A model generated the notes under the pieces. That model searched no databases. It was given only the letters and a program-made list of their open reading frames with translations, and was not told where the DNA came from. Both the position numbers and the translations under genes were made by a program. From Candidatus Omnitrophota bacterium (GTDB lineage Bacteria; Omnitrophota; Gorgyraeia; JAHJTE01): 64,000 bases of DNA. Within the stretch, counting starts at the first letter, position 1; each line of letters opens with the position of its first letter. Positions 1-10,125 of the stretch are shown here, piece after piece. The DNA lies in the NCBI GenBank assembly GCA_018830005.1, contig JAHJTE010000001.1, forward strand, positions 321,332-385,331, given 5' to 3'.

Positions 1-961
1 GTCTGGCAAACGAGCCCAGGCTGCACATGAGGCAATAAGGCCAACTCTTATCAGGCGCAAGCCCCAGGAAATAAAACAATATTTGACAGAAGATGAATTC
101 AAATTATACGATTTAATCTGGAAACGTTTCCTGGCCAGTCAAATGAAACCCGCTAAAATCTTGGTTACCTCAGTGAAGATTTCTGCTGGTAGGTTTATTT
201 TCCAATCTTCAGGGAGCATGCTTAAATTTGAAGGTTTTCTTTTAGTTTACGAGGATAGGCTTAAAAAAAGTAAAGACCTTCAATTACCGCCATTATCACT
301 TGATGAAAGGCTGGAGTTGATTAAACTCCTCCCCTCGCAGCATTTTACTAAACCCCCCGCAAGATTCTCAGATGCCTCTTTGGTAAAGTTTTTGGAAGAG
401 CGGGGTATTGGAAGACCCAGTACATATGTACCAATAATCCAGACGCTGCTTATGAGAGATTATGTTCGTCGCCTTAGAGGCTACTTTACTCCCACGGAGT
501 TAGGAACAAAGGTATTCGATCTCTTAGTAAAATATTTTAAGAAAATTATGGATTTTGATTTTACTGCGCGCATGGAAGAGACGTTGGATTTGGTTGAGGA
601 TGGCAAGATTCTCTGGTCGAAGGTGTTAGAGGATTTTTATCCTGGTTTTAGAGAAAGGTTGGATTTTGCACAGGAGAAGGCCAAGAAAGTGGTAGTAAAG
701 ACTAAAGAGGTATGTAGTCTCTGCGGTCGGATTATGGTCATCAAGTGGGGCAGAAAAGGAAAGTTCTTAAGTTGTTCTGATTATCCAAAATGCAAATATT
801 CAAAGGCAATATCTACGGGAGTAAAATGCCCGAATGAAGGCTGTGGCGGCGAATTAGTTGAGCGCCGTTCTATGAAAGGGAGATTCTTTTACGGATGCTC
901 TACTTATCCTAAGTGCACATTCGTTTCCAACACATTGCCTCAAAGTGAAGATGTGAAATAA
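1..961 (+). CDS. topA: DNA topoisomerase I, C-terminal portion (5'-truncated at window edge)
   Basis: Frame 2 is open from nt 2. The 'AQAAHEAIRPT' motif lies upstream of the first Met. C-terminal tandem Cys4 zinc-ribbon repeats (CSLCG...CSDYPKC, CPNEGCG...CSTYPKC) are typical of TopA. Confidence 0.85.
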   Translation, partial: SGKRAQAAHEAIRPTLIRRKPQEIKQYLTEDEFKLYDLIWKRFLASQMKPAKILVTSVKISAGRFIFQSSGSMLKFEGFLLVYEDRLKKSKDLQLPPLSLDERLELIKLLPSQHFTKPPARFSDASLVKFLEERGIGRPSTYVPIIQTLLMRDYVRRLRGYFTPTELGTKVFDLLVKYFKKIMDFDFTARMEETLDLVEDGKILWSKVLEDFYPGFRERLDFAQEKAKKVVVKTKEVCSLCGRIMVIKWGRKGKFLSCSDYPKCKYSKAISTGVKCPNEGCGGELVERRSMKGRFFYGCSTYPKCTFVSNTLPQSEDVK

Positions 962-966
962 CAGAT

Positions 967-1830
967 ATGCTTGAGCGTTATATAGAAAAATTCTTTAGAT
1001 ATCTTGAGATTGAGAGGAATGCATCAGGCCTTACGCAGTTAAATTATGGCCACGACCTTAAGGAATTCAGTGAGTTTGTTGGCGATGTGCCTCTGGGAAA
1101 AATCGACTATCTCCTTTTACGAAGGTTCCTAGCACATTTAAAGAACAATAACTTATCAAAGCGCTCTATTAACCGCAAGCTATCTTGCATACGCTCTTTT
1201 TTCAAATTTCTCTTTAAGGAAGGGCTGGTAAAATCAAATCCTGCCACACTTTTATCTAGCCCAAAATTAGATAAACACCTACCTCAGTTCCTGACTGAAG
1301 ATGAGACTATTAGGCTCTTAGAAACTGTAGAGGGTGATGACTGGCGTACCTTGCGCGATAAGGCAATACTTGAGACTCTTTATTCTACTGGGATGAGAAT
1401 CTCAGAACTGCTAGGTTTAAATACAGAAGACATTGATTTCATCTCTAGTGTTGTTAAGGTAAGGGGAAAAGGCAAGAAGGAAAGACTGCTTCCTATCGGA
1501 AGCATCGCGCTTTTAGCTATTCGTACGTATCTTGAAAAAAGATTGAAAAAAAGTTCTATAGTTTTTTTGAATAAGAATTATACGCCTCTCACTACTCGTG
1601 GCGGAAGATGGATAATAAATAAATACATTAAAAAGGCCTCTCTTAAATCTGGCATATCGCCTCATACCTTGCGGCATTCTTTTGCCACACACCTGTTAAA
1701 CAGAGGTGCGGATTTAAGAAGCGTCCAGGAACTTCTAGGCCACAGCAATCTCTCCACAACCCAAATTTACACACATTTAACTACAGAACGATTAAAGGCG
1801 GTGTATGATAAGTTTCATCCCCGGGCTTAG
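967..1830 (+). CDS. xerC: tyrosine recombinase, XerC/XerD family
   Basis: Phage-integrase fold motifs (R...HSFATHLL...LLGH..L.TTQIYTH) with catalytic Tyr. Length of 287 aa and position after topA match the chromosomal dimer-resolution recombinase. Confidence 0.7.
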   Translation: MLERYIEKFFRYLEIERNASGLTQLNYGHDLKEFSEFVGDVPLGKIDYLLLRRFLAHLKNNNLSKRSINRKLSCIRSFFKFLFKEGLVKSNPATLLSSPKLDKHLPQFLTEDETIRLLETVEGDDWRTLRDKAILETLYSTGMRISELLGLNTEDIDFISSVVKVRGKGKKERLLPIGSIALLAIRTYLEKRLKKSSIVFLNKNYTPLTTRGGRWIINKYIKKASLKSGISPHTLRHSFATHLLNRGADLRSVQELLGHSNLSTTQIYTHLTTERLKAVYDKFHPRA

Positions 1831-1853
1831 GAACTCTTAAGGTTATAACCTAT

Positions 1854-3116
1854 ATGTTAATATATGATTTTTTGTTTATAATTTTGTTTTTGTCTGCGTT
1901 ACCGTTCCTTTGCCTGCGTCGTAAGTTACATCGCGGCTATTGGCAGCGTCTGGGATTTATCAGGGAATCCAGAAGATTTGAAAATTCTATCTGGATTCAT
2001 GCCGTAAGCGTAGGAGAGATTATCAGCGCCAAGGAATTGATTAAAAGCCTAAAGCAGGAATTTCCCCAAAGATCCCTCCTGATCTCTACGATTACCCCTA
2101 CCGGAAATAAAATTGCCAGAACAATCGCCACAAGTAATGATGCGGTAATATATTTACCCTTGGATATAAGTTTTATTATTAGGAGGTTTATTAAAATATT
2201 TGATCCCTCTATCTTTATCAGCTTAGAATCAGAATTTTGGCCTAATCTATATATTCAATTATCGCACGCTAATATACCAAAGGTGATATTAAACGGCAGG
2301 ATATCAGCTTCTGCGTTTAACAAATATCACATCTTTAAATTATTTATAAAGCCAATACTTAGAAGAGTTGATTTCTTCACGATGCAGACTAAAGAGTATC
2401 AAGATCGGCTTATGCAATTAGGCGTTGGTGAGGAAAAAATAGAGATTAGCGGAAATATGAAATTCGATGTGCAATCCCTAAGGGGTCAGTCTCCTGACAT
2501 AGAAAAGATTCGAGCTGACTTGAGGCTAAATCCGGCTGATGTCTTATTCGTTTGCGGCTGTACTCATAAAGACGAAGAGGAAATAGTCTTATCTGTTTAT
2601 AAAAAGCTAGCGAAGTCTTTTGAGAATTTACGCTTATTTATTGCGCCTCGACATGTTGAGCGTGTTAAAGAGATTGAAAAAATTGTAAGCAATCTTGATT
2701 TTAGGCCTGTAAGGATCAGCCAATTGAAAGATGAGAAGATTACCGCAACAAGTGTGTATCTTTTGGACATTATCGGAAGGCTAAAAGATTATTACGCTGC
2801 TTCTTCAATCTGTTTTGTTGGCGGTTCTTTGGTAGCCTCAGGCGGCCATAATATTTTAGAGCCAGCAGCATTCTCTAAGCCAATAATCTTCGGAAAATAT
2901 ATGTATAATTTTTCTGATATTCGCGATTTGTTCTTAAAGGCGGAAGCAGCCATAGAGGTAGAAAACGAGTCTGAACTATATTTGGCCTTAAGCCAGCTCT
3001 TAAAAAATAGCCACAAGGCTAAAAACTTAGGCCTGAATGCAAAGATGATCGTTGATAATAATAAAGGTGCGACTGCCAGAAACGTACGCATCATAAAGAG
3101 ATTTCTTAAAAATTAA
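1854..3116 (+). CDS. waaA: 3-deoxy-D-manno-octulosonic acid (Kdo) transferase
   Basis: N-terminal 'IWIHAVSVGE' Kdo-transferase domain, GT-B C-terminal half, 420 aa. Confidence 0.85.
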   Translation: MLIYDFLFIILFLSALPFLCLRRKLHRGYWQRLGFIRESRRFENSIWIHAVSVGEIISAKELIKSLKQEFPQRSLLISTITPTGNKIARTIATSNDAVIYLPLDISFIIRRFIKIFDPSIFISLESEFWPNLYIQLSHANIPKVILNGRISASAFNKYHIFKLFIKPILRRVDFFTMQTKEYQDRLMQLGVGEEKIEISGNMKFDVQSLRGQSPDIEKIRADLRLNPADVLFVCGCTHKDEEEIVLSVYKKLAKSFENLRLFIAPRHVERVKEIEKIVSNLDFRPVRISQLKDEKITATSVYLLDIIGRLKDYYAASSICFVGGSLVASGGHNILEPAAFSKPIIFGKYMYNFSDIRDLFLKAEAAIEVENESELYLALSQLLKNSHKAKNLGLNAKMIVDNNKGATARNVRIIKRFLKN

Positions 3117-3136
3117 AGGAAATCTTTAAATCTTAT

Positions 3137-4216
3137 ATGAGAGATTATCTTTACAAAGTTATTACTGAAAGAAAAGGAGGGTTTCTTGCCGGAATTCTAA
3201 AAGTCATTCTCTTTTTACTGAGTGTGATCTATTCGTTTTTGGTAGGGATGCAGGCCTCAGCTTATAAGCATAAGCTAATAAGGGCTAAAGATGTAGATAC
3301 ATGCGTTATTTCCATTGGTAACATTACCTGGGGCGGGACAGGAAAGACGCCGCTTACTTCTTTGTTGGCGCAATTTTTAACGCAGCAGGGTATGAAGCTA
3401 GCTATCTTAAGCAGGGGATATAAGAAGTATAGGAGTCAAGCGGAAGGGCAAGATCATAGGTTAATGGGCGATGAGGCATACTTATTAAAAGAGAAGAATC
3501 CTGATATTGCGGTGCTTGTAGGAAGAGATAGGGTTAAGAATGCTAGATTTGCCAAAGAGAAATTAGGGGCTAAAGTGATTTTACTTGATGATGGTTTTCA
3601 ACACAGGCGCATCAAGAGGAATTTAGATATTGTATTGGTTGATGTCTTGAATCCATTTGGTAACGGTCATTGTATACCGCGGGGGATCTTGCGAGAGCCA
3701 AAGGCTAGCCTCAAACGCGCAGATGTAATTGTTTTAACCAATTGCACGTCAGAAAAACAAGGCCAAGAAACTTTATTATCAGAAATTAGAAAGATAAATT
3801 CTTCAGCGCAAATAGTATACGCAGCTTATCAGTTTATAAAACTCTTTGATATCTTAAGCAAAGAGGAGGTCGATCATCAGTTATTCATTGGCAAACCCGT
3901 AGGCATTTTGGCAAGCATCGGAAATTTTGCATCATTTAAAAGAAGCGTTAATACTTTTATGGGAGCAAAGGTAAGGGGTGAATTTGAATTTCCTGATCAT
4001 TATGAGTATAGGAAAGAAGATATTATAAAGATCCTCGATTCTTGCCGGGATAAGAAGCTGGATACAATTATCACTACTGAAAAGGATGCAGTTAGGCTAA
4101 AGGATAAGCTTTCAGGCCTTCAAGATTTAAGGATATTTGTGCTGGAAGTGAAAATGCAGATTATAAAAAATAGCGATAAATTCTATAAGGCGATTAGGGA
4201 TGTTTGCATTAGTTAA
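3137..4216 (+). CDS. lpxK: tetraacyldisaccharide 4'-kinase
   Basis: N-terminal TM segment and the 'GNITWGGTGKTP' P-loop characteristic of LpxK; about 360 aa. Confidence 0.85.
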   Translation: MRDYLYKVITERKGGFLAGILKVILFLLSVIYSFLVGMQASAYKHKLIRAKDVDTCVISIGNITWGGTGKTPLTSLLAQFLTQQGMKLAILSRGYKKYRSQAEGQDHRLMGDEAYLLKEKNPDIAVLVGRDRVKNARFAKEKLGAKVILLDDGFQHRRIKRNLDIVLVDVLNPFGNGHCIPRGILREPKASLKRADVIVLTNCTSEKQGQETLLSEIRKINSSAQIVYAAYQFIKLFDILSKEEVDHQLFIGKPVGILASIGNFASFKRSVNTFMGAKVRGEFEFPDHYEYRKEDIIKILDSCRDKKLDTIITTEKDAVRLKDKLSGLQDLRIFVLEVKMQIIKNSDKFYKAIRDVCIS

Positions 4217-6116
4217 ATTTTTAAGTTTTATTTTCCTCAGGATTCCTCCGCAAGTTTCACTTTTCTTTGCCAGGATCTTGGGTAGGGTCTATTATTGCCT
4301 GGATTTTCGTCATCGGCTGATTGCCTATCGAAATTTACGGCTTGCACTTTGCGATAAATTCTCACCTGCTGAATTGCATAAAATATTAAAGACCTACTAT
4401 CTTAATCTGGCACAGAATTTCACAGAAGTTCTTTATATGCCAAAGATTGATTCCAGCTATATCAAGAAGTATATCAAAATAGAAGGAGAAAGTTTTTTAA
4501 GAGAATTTGCGAAAGATAAAAAAGGGATTATATTTACCTCAGCCCATTTTGGCAACTGGGAGATACCAAATATTGTTTCTAAATATCTTTTTCCTGAAAA
4601 ACCTTATTTTGTCCTAGTACGCCCTCAGACAAAGTCAAAAAAAATAGATGAGTTACTTAATTCATATAGGCAAGGGCATGGTTTTGATACAGTCGCAACG
4701 GACAGCGCCGGTCTACGAAAGGCATTTAGCAATTTAAAGAAAGGCGCTTTTTTGGGTATGGTTATTGATCAGGGTATTGGCGAATCCAATGCGTTTATTG
4801 ATTTCTTCAAGCATCGTGTTGCAGCGCCCACGGGGGCAGTAAAACTAGCCTTAAGGTTTGATGCGCCTTTGATCTTGACCTATATCCGTCGTATTAAAGG
4901 CCCTTATCTTTCATTAAAGATATTAGCTCCTCTAGAATTAAAAAAAGATGTAGGCTCCCAGAATCAAATCCAAGAAAATGTACAGGCATTGAATAAACAG
5001 GTAGAGGAATTTATAACGCGTTTCCCGACCGATTATCTATGGCAATTTAGACGCTTTAAGAGTAGACTCCAAAGAAATATCCTTATCCTGGATGATGGCA
5101 AGTTAGGCCACCTGCGCCAATCAGAAGCAGTGGCAGAGATATTGGCCAGGGTTTTGCGTCGGAAGAAGTTAAGTGCAAAGATTGAAATTGTTAATTTTAA
5201 ATTTAAATCAAAGTTTGCTAAAGTTATTTTTGATTTCTTACTGAAGATTTTTAATCTTTCTTTTGCAAGAGGCGTACTTTCGCAAAAATCTTTTGAAAGG
5301 TTGTTTAGTTTTTGTCCTGATTTTGTTATTTCTGCAGGTGAAAGTTGCGCCGGCCTTAATTTAATATTATCGCGTGAAAGTCAGTCAAAATCCATTGTGA
5401 TTATGAGGCCATCATTTTTTTCAGTGAAGAGTTTTGATTTGGTGATAAGCCCGAAACATGATAGGATTAAGCAAAGGCAAAATGTAGTAAAGGTCTTAGG
5501 GGCCCCTAATATTATTGACTCTGCTTACTTAAAGAATAATTCCAAGATAATTACGCAACAATTTTCTATAGATGAAGACGATAAGAGATTGAAGATAGGC
5601 TTACTCCTAGGGGGCAATACAAAGAATCTTAAACTAGATAGGCAGTTGGTGGAAGCGGTTTGTGATCAAATTCTAGGCGCAGGTAAAAGGCATAATGCCC
5701 AGATACTCCTATCCACTTCAAGGCGTACTCCGGCTGATGCAGAGGCTGTTATTAAGGAAAAGTTTAAGGATAATGATTTAGTCAAGCTCTTGGTTATTGC
5801 AAATGAGAAGAATATCCCCCACACAGTAGGGGCTATTCTGGGTCTGTGTCAGATAGTTGTCGTATCTTCTGATAGCATATCCATGGTTTCAGAAGCAGTG
5901 AGTTCCGGAAAATATGTTATTGTCTTTAGATTAAGATCTAAAACAACAATGACTAAGCACGAGAGATTTCTATTAAATCTTAAACAAAAGGGTTACATTT
6001 ATTTTGCAGATTCTGGAATAGAGAAGATAATCAGTGAGATCTGGATGAATAAACCGCCTCAAGAAAAATTGCAGGATGCTAAGTTGATAGAAGAGGCTGT
6101 TGAGAGGATATTATGA
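4200..6116 (+). CDS. Kdo2-lipid IVA late acyltransferase (LpxL/HtrB family) fused in frame to a C-terminal ELM1/DUF1022-like domain
   Basis: N-terminal ~290 aa resemble LpxL/LpxM lysophospholipid acyltransferases (TM start, HFGNWE region, ~290 aa). The C-terminal ~340 aa match what I recall of the PF06258 'mitochondrial fission ELM1'-like family (GKLGH..Q motif, predicted GT-B-like). A single 638-aa ORF with no internal stop. Confidence 0.65.
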   Translation: MFALVKFLSFIFLRIPPQVSLFFARILGRVYYCLDFRHRLIAYRNLRLALCDKFSPAELHKILKTYYLNLAQNFTEVLYMPKIDSSYIKKYIKIEGESFLREFAKDKKGIIFTSAHFGNWEIPNIVSKYLFPEKPYFVLVRPQTKSKKIDELLNSYRQGHGFDTVATDSAGLRKAFSNLKKGAFLGMVIDQGIGESNAFIDFFKHRVAAPTGAVKLALRFDAPLILTYIRRIKGPYLSLKILAPLELKKDVGSQNQIQENVQALNKQVEEFITRFPTDYLWQFRRFKSRLQRNILILDDGKLGHLRQSEAVAEILARVLRRKKLSAKIEIVNFKFKSKFAKVIFDFLLKIFNLSFARGVLSQKSFERLFSFCPDFVISAGESCAGLNLILSRESQSKSIVIMRPSFFSVKSFDLVISPKHDRIKQRQNVVKVLGAPNIIDSAYLKNNSKIITQQFSIDEDDKRLKIGLLLGGNTKNLKLDRQLVEAVCDQILGAGKRHNAQILLSTSRRTPADAEAVIKEKFKDNDLVKLLVIANEKNIPHTVGAILGLCQIVVVSSDSISMVSEAVSSGKYVIVFRLRSKTTMTKHERFLLNLKQKGYIYFADSGIEKIISEIWMNKPPQEKLQDAKLIEEAVERIL

Positions 6117-8191
6117 ATATTTTGCAGGTCGTACCGCGTTTAGATATAGGAGGCGTAGAAACCGGCACAGTTGATTTGGCACACGTCTTAGCTGAGCGCG
6201 GCCATAAACCAGTAATTATATCCAGCGGCGGCAGATTAGTAGCTGAGCTTGAGGCCAGCAGCATAAAACACTATTATCTGGCCGTAGACAAAAAATCTAT
6301 TATTACAGTTTTAAGAATGATACCCAAGGTAATAGACATTATCAGAAAAGAAGATATTGACATTGTGCATGCCCGTAGTCGCGTGCCTGCCTGGATTTGC
6401 TTTTTTGCTTCTAAAAAAACAAATCGAACCTTCATGACTACCTGTCATGGTTATTATTCAACGCATTTTTTCTCACGTATTATGGCTAGGGGTAAATTTG
6501 TTATTGTTGCAAGTCAGGTTATCGCCAGGCATATGATTGATGATTTTTATGTCTCGCCTGAGCGGCTGCGTCTCATTGAGAGAAGTGTGAATATAGAAAG
6601 ATTCAGATTCCGTCCGCCAAAGAATAAAAGTAAAACAGAATTTATTATTGCTAACATCGCAAGACTAACTCCGATAAAGGGCCATGAATATTTCCTAAAG
6701 GCAGTTGCTAAACTTATTCGTTCTATTCCTCATATCCAGGTGTGGATTGTAGGAGATAGCGCAACAGGCGATTCTAGTTATCGTCAGGAACTCGAGGTCC
6801 TAACTCGCAGATTAGGCATCTCCCATTGCGTGAAGTTTATGGGCTTAAGAGCAGATGTACCTAAGATATTGCTGCGGGTAAACGTGCTCGTCCTTTCTAC
6901 TGTAACCCAGGAGGCATTCGGTAGGGTAGTTATCGAAGCCCAGGCAAGCGGCGTGCCGGTTGTAGCAACAAATGTAGGCGGCGTTGTTGAAATCGTCAAA
7001 GACCAGGTAACAGGCCTACTTGTTCCTCCTAAGGATCCAGAGGCAATGGCAAGAGCTATTATGATGCTATTGAAGGATTCACAGCTTAGCCAAACCCTGG
7101 CTGAGAATGCATATAAAAAGGTAAAAGAGGTTTATACCTTAAGCCGCATGGTAGATAAGACATTGGAAGTTTATGATGAGGCGCAAAAAATCGAAAGGAT
7201 TTTAGTAATAAAATTTAGTGCACTGGGAGATATACTTTTAATCACTCCTTCACTAAGGGCACTAAGGAATAAATTCAATAAGGCTAAAATTTATTGTCTT
7301 ACCTCTTTGTCTGGCAGTAAGATATTGAAGAATTGTCCATATCTGGATGATTTGATTATCTATGATAAGGTCCAAGATAATTCTTTAGCTGCGCTGCTAG
7401 AAATAGCTAGGAAGTTGCGCGGTATATCATTTGATAAGGTGGTTGATTTTCAGAATAATAGTCGTAGTCATGTCTTATCTTTCTTGAGTCTGGCTGGCCA
7501 ACGCTACGGTTACGATAACGGAAAGTTGTCTTTTCTTTTGAATAGAAAGGTTAAGGAAAAATATATTGGGCTATCTCCAGTAAGACATCAGGAGAAGACA
7601 TTGAGCCTTTTGGACATAAAGCTAAAGTCAGAGCGATTAGAGATATGGCCGACAGAGGCTGATGAGGATTATATAGATGAGTTGATAAAGTCTCATTGGT
7701 TAGGCAAGGCCTACGCAATCGTTGGAGTTCACATCGGAGCAAGTAGTGCCTGGCCAACAAAGCTTTGGCCAGCTCGTTCTGTTTCCGCATTTATTGACGA
7801 ATTAGCCAAAGAAAATATCAGGGTTATTCTCATGGGCTCTGATTCTGAAAAGGCGCGTGCCGAGGCAATTTTAGCTCAAAGTAAGAGTAGCGCAATTAAT
7901 CTTTGTGCAAAGACTTCGCTTCTGCAGCTGGCTGCACTGATAAAAAGATGCAGTGCTATATTGACATATGATTCACTTGCTATGCATATGGCAAGTGCTG
8001 TAGGTGTTCCTTTCGTCGGTCTTTTTGGCCCTACTGATCCGGCACGGCATCTGCCACCAACAAAGAAGTATATAACTGTACGTAAAGATATGTCTTGTAG
8101 TCCATGTTATAGGAGAGATTGCAAGAATAATAGATGTATGATGGAGATTACTCCTAAAGAGGTAGTAAGTGCGGTTAAGAGCCTGATCTAG
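6113..8191 (+). CDS. bifunctional glycosyltransferase: N-terminal GT4 (RfaG-like) fused to C-terminal GT9 heptosyltransferase
   Basis: aa 1-360 form a GT4 GT-B fold (GGVE..., EAFGRVVIEAQASGVPVVAT, E-x7-E). aa ~365-692 are GT9 (ILVIKFSALGDILLITP N-terminus, C-terminal CSPCY...C..NRCM). No stop and no ATG at the junction. Confidence 0.75.
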   Translation: MNILQVVPRLDIGGVETGTVDLAHVLAERGHKPVIISSGGRLVAELEASSIKHYYLAVDKKSIITVLRMIPKVIDIIRKEDIDIVHARSRVPAWICFFASKKTNRTFMTTCHGYYSTHFFSRIMARGKFVIVASQVIARHMIDDFYVSPERLRLIERSVNIERFRFRPPKNKSKTEFIIANIARLTPIKGHEYFLKAVAKLIRSIPHIQVWIVGDSATGDSSYRQELEVLTRRLGISHCVKFMGLRADVPKILLRVNVLVLSTVTQEAFGRVVIEAQASGVPVVATNVGGVVEIVKDQVTGLLVPPKDPEAMARAIMMLLKDSQLSQTLAENAYKKVKEVYTLSRMVDKTLEVYDEAQKIERILVIKFSALGDILLITPSLRALRNKFNKAKIYCLTSLSGSKILKNCPYLDDLIIYDKVQDNSLAALLEIARKLRGISFDKVVDFQNNSRSHVLSFLSLAGQRYGYDNGKLSFLLNRKVKEKYIGLSPVRHQEKTLSLLDIKLKSERLEIWPTEADEDYIDELIKSHWLGKAYAIVGVHIGASSAWPTKLWPARSVSAFIDELAKENIRVILMGSDSEKARAEAILAQSKSSAINLCAKTSLLQLAALIKRCSAILTYDSLAMHMASAVGVPFVGLFGPTDPARHLPPTKKYITVRKDMSCSPCYRRDCKNNRCMMEITPKEVVSAVKSLI

Positions 8192-8194
8192 TTT

Positions 8195-9289
8195 ATGAAT
8201 ATATTACTTCTTTCTACACATCTAAATCCGGGCGGCATTACTACTTATTTGTCTTCCTTGGCAAGGGGTTTGCAAAGAAAAGGAAACAATGTTTTTGTTG
8301 CTTCAAGCGGCGGCAGGCTAGAGGAGCAGTTTAATTCGGATGGTATAAGATTTATTTATATTCCTATCCGCACAAAGTGCGAATTAAGCCCTAAGCTTAT
8401 TATTTCTTTTTTTAAATTAGCTAAGGAGCTAAAAAAATATAAGATTGATATAATTCATGCCCATACCCGCGTAACACAGGTTTTAGGAATTCTTTTGGCT
8501 TTATTTAGCGGCTGCTCCTATCTATCTACCTGTCATGGATTTTTTAAAAGAAGATTTTCAAGAAGAATTTTTCCAGCATGGGGTGAAAATGTTATTGCCA
8601 TAAGCCAGGCAGTGGCGGAACATCTTAGGAAAGATTTCAGCCTAGATTCTCGACGCATAAGCGTAATACATAATGGAATTGATTGCGATAGCTTTAGCCT
8701 GGACAAGGATAAAAACAAAGAAGCCATAAAGAGAAAATTCAATATACCAACCCATGGTCCAATAATTGGGATCTTGGCGCGCTTATCTACTGTTAAGGGG
8801 CATAAATTTTTTATTCAGGCTATGCCCTTGATTTTAAAAAAGATACCCAAGGCTTTATTTCTCATTGTGGGAGAGGGACATCTAAAGGATGAGCTCTTCT
8901 CTCAGGTTAAAAGACAAAAAGTAACTGAATCAGTGTTTTTTATACCTAATCAGGATGACACAAGAGAAGTACTTGCGATCATGGATTGTTTTGTTTCCTG
9001 TTCTTTGCAGGAGGGATTGGGACTTTCGATCATGGAGGCGCAGGCAGCAGGCGTTCCTGTTGTTGCCTTTGCTACTGGAGGCATAGTTTCACTCATCCAA
9101 CACAAAGCCACTGGATTATTGGTCAGACATAAGGATGTCTCTGGTTTGGCTGAGGCTGTAATAGGTCTCCTAGATGATGCAGCACTTGCTGAAAGAATCA
9201 AAAACAGAGCACGTGAGAACTTAAGGCGTGAGTTCTCTATAGAGGCCATGGTAGAAGAGACAGAAAAATTATATTCTAGGATTAGATGA
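8195..9289 (+). CDS. glycosyltransferase family 4
   Basis: GT4 motifs (GGITTY..., QEGLGLSIMEAQAAGVPVVA), 364 aa. Confidence 0.8.
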   Translation: MNILLLSTHLNPGGITTYLSSLARGLQRKGNNVFVASSGGRLEEQFNSDGIRFIYIPIRTKCELSPKLIISFFKLAKELKKYKIDIIHAHTRVTQVLGILLALFSGCSYLSTCHGFFKRRFSRRIFPAWGENVIAISQAVAEHLRKDFSLDSRRISVIHNGIDCDSFSLDKDKNKEAIKRKFNIPTHGPIIGILARLSTVKGHKFFIQAMPLILKKIPKALFLIVGEGHLKDELFSQVKRQKVTESVFFIPNQDDTREVLAIMDCFVSCSLQEGLGLSIMEAQAAGVPVVAFATGGIVSLIQHKATGLLVRHKDVSGLAEAVIGLLDDAALAERIKNRARENLRREFSIEAMVEETEKLYSRIR

Positions 9290-10125
9290 AAATAAGACTA
9301 AATATAAAAAGAACTATAACATTAAGCCTTTTAGGCCTTTTAGTTATTATAGTCTCTGCTACACTTATTCTTCGTGAGCATTATGTTGTTCCAATACTTA
9401 TGTATCATAGCATTAGCGAAGATTCGCCTGATAAGGATAATCTACTTGCAATTTCAGCTGATACGTTTAACAGGCAAATGGAGTTTCTGCAGACTCGTAA
9501 ATATAATGTAATAAGCCTAAAAGAGCTAGCCCGACTTATGAGAGAAGATGCGCCCTTACCGCATAACACTGTTGTAATTACATTTGATGATGGTTATCAG
9601 GATAACTTTACTGTTGTCTTTCCGATCATAAAGAAATACGATATACCAATTACTATTTTTATTTGTCCCATGTTGATTTCAGAAGAGGAGCAATATCTAA
9701 CCTGGCCTCAGGTTAAGAAATTGTCTGATTCATCACTAGTTGATATTGGCTCACACACCTTGAATCACACCTTTTTACCTGATCTTAAAGGTAGAGAGGA
9801 GTCGTTAATTATGCAGATTAGTGGTTCAAAAGAAATCCTGGAAGATATATTAAAAGTCCCCATAGATTCCTTTTCATATCCGGCAGGCGGCTTTAATAAA
9901 AATATCAGAAGGATTGTTGAAGAAAGCGGTTATAGAGTAGCTGTAGCAACTAAACCCGGCCTAGATTATCCTGATGATGACATATTTGCATTAAAGAGGT
10001 TGCGTATTTCAGAACATAACAAGAATATGTTTATTTTTTGGGTTAAGCTCACCGGCCTTTATACAAAAGTAAGAGAGTGGCAGAGAAAGGATAAGGACAA
10101 AGATCTGAAGATTAATTATGAGTAA
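9286..10125 (+). CDS. polysaccharide deacetylase (CE4 / NodB homology domain), membrane-anchored
   Basis: N-terminal TM segment; 'ITFDDGYQDNF' and 'HTLNHTFL' NodB motifs. Confidence 0.8.
   Translation: MKIRLNIKRTITLSLLGLLVIIVSATLILREHYVVPILMYHSISEDSPDKDNLLAISADTFNRQMEFLQTRKYNVISLKELARLMREDAPLPHNTVVITFDDGYQDNFTVVFPIIKKYDIPITIFICPMLISEEEQYLTWPQVKKLSDSSLVDIGSHTLNHTFLPDLKGREESLIMQISGSKEILEDILKVPIDSFSYPAGGFNKNIRRIVEESGYRVAVATKPGLDYPDDDIFALKRLRISEHNKNMFIFWVKLTGLYTKVREWQRKDKDKDLKINYE

Noticed and set aside
967-1830. Tyrosine recombinase as the integrase of the ssrA-adjacent islets
   Set aside because: It is located 54 kb away next to topA and has XerC/XerD-like length and motifs, so it is the housekeeping dimer-resolution recombinase. 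No integrase, transposase or phage gene is found near ssrA.
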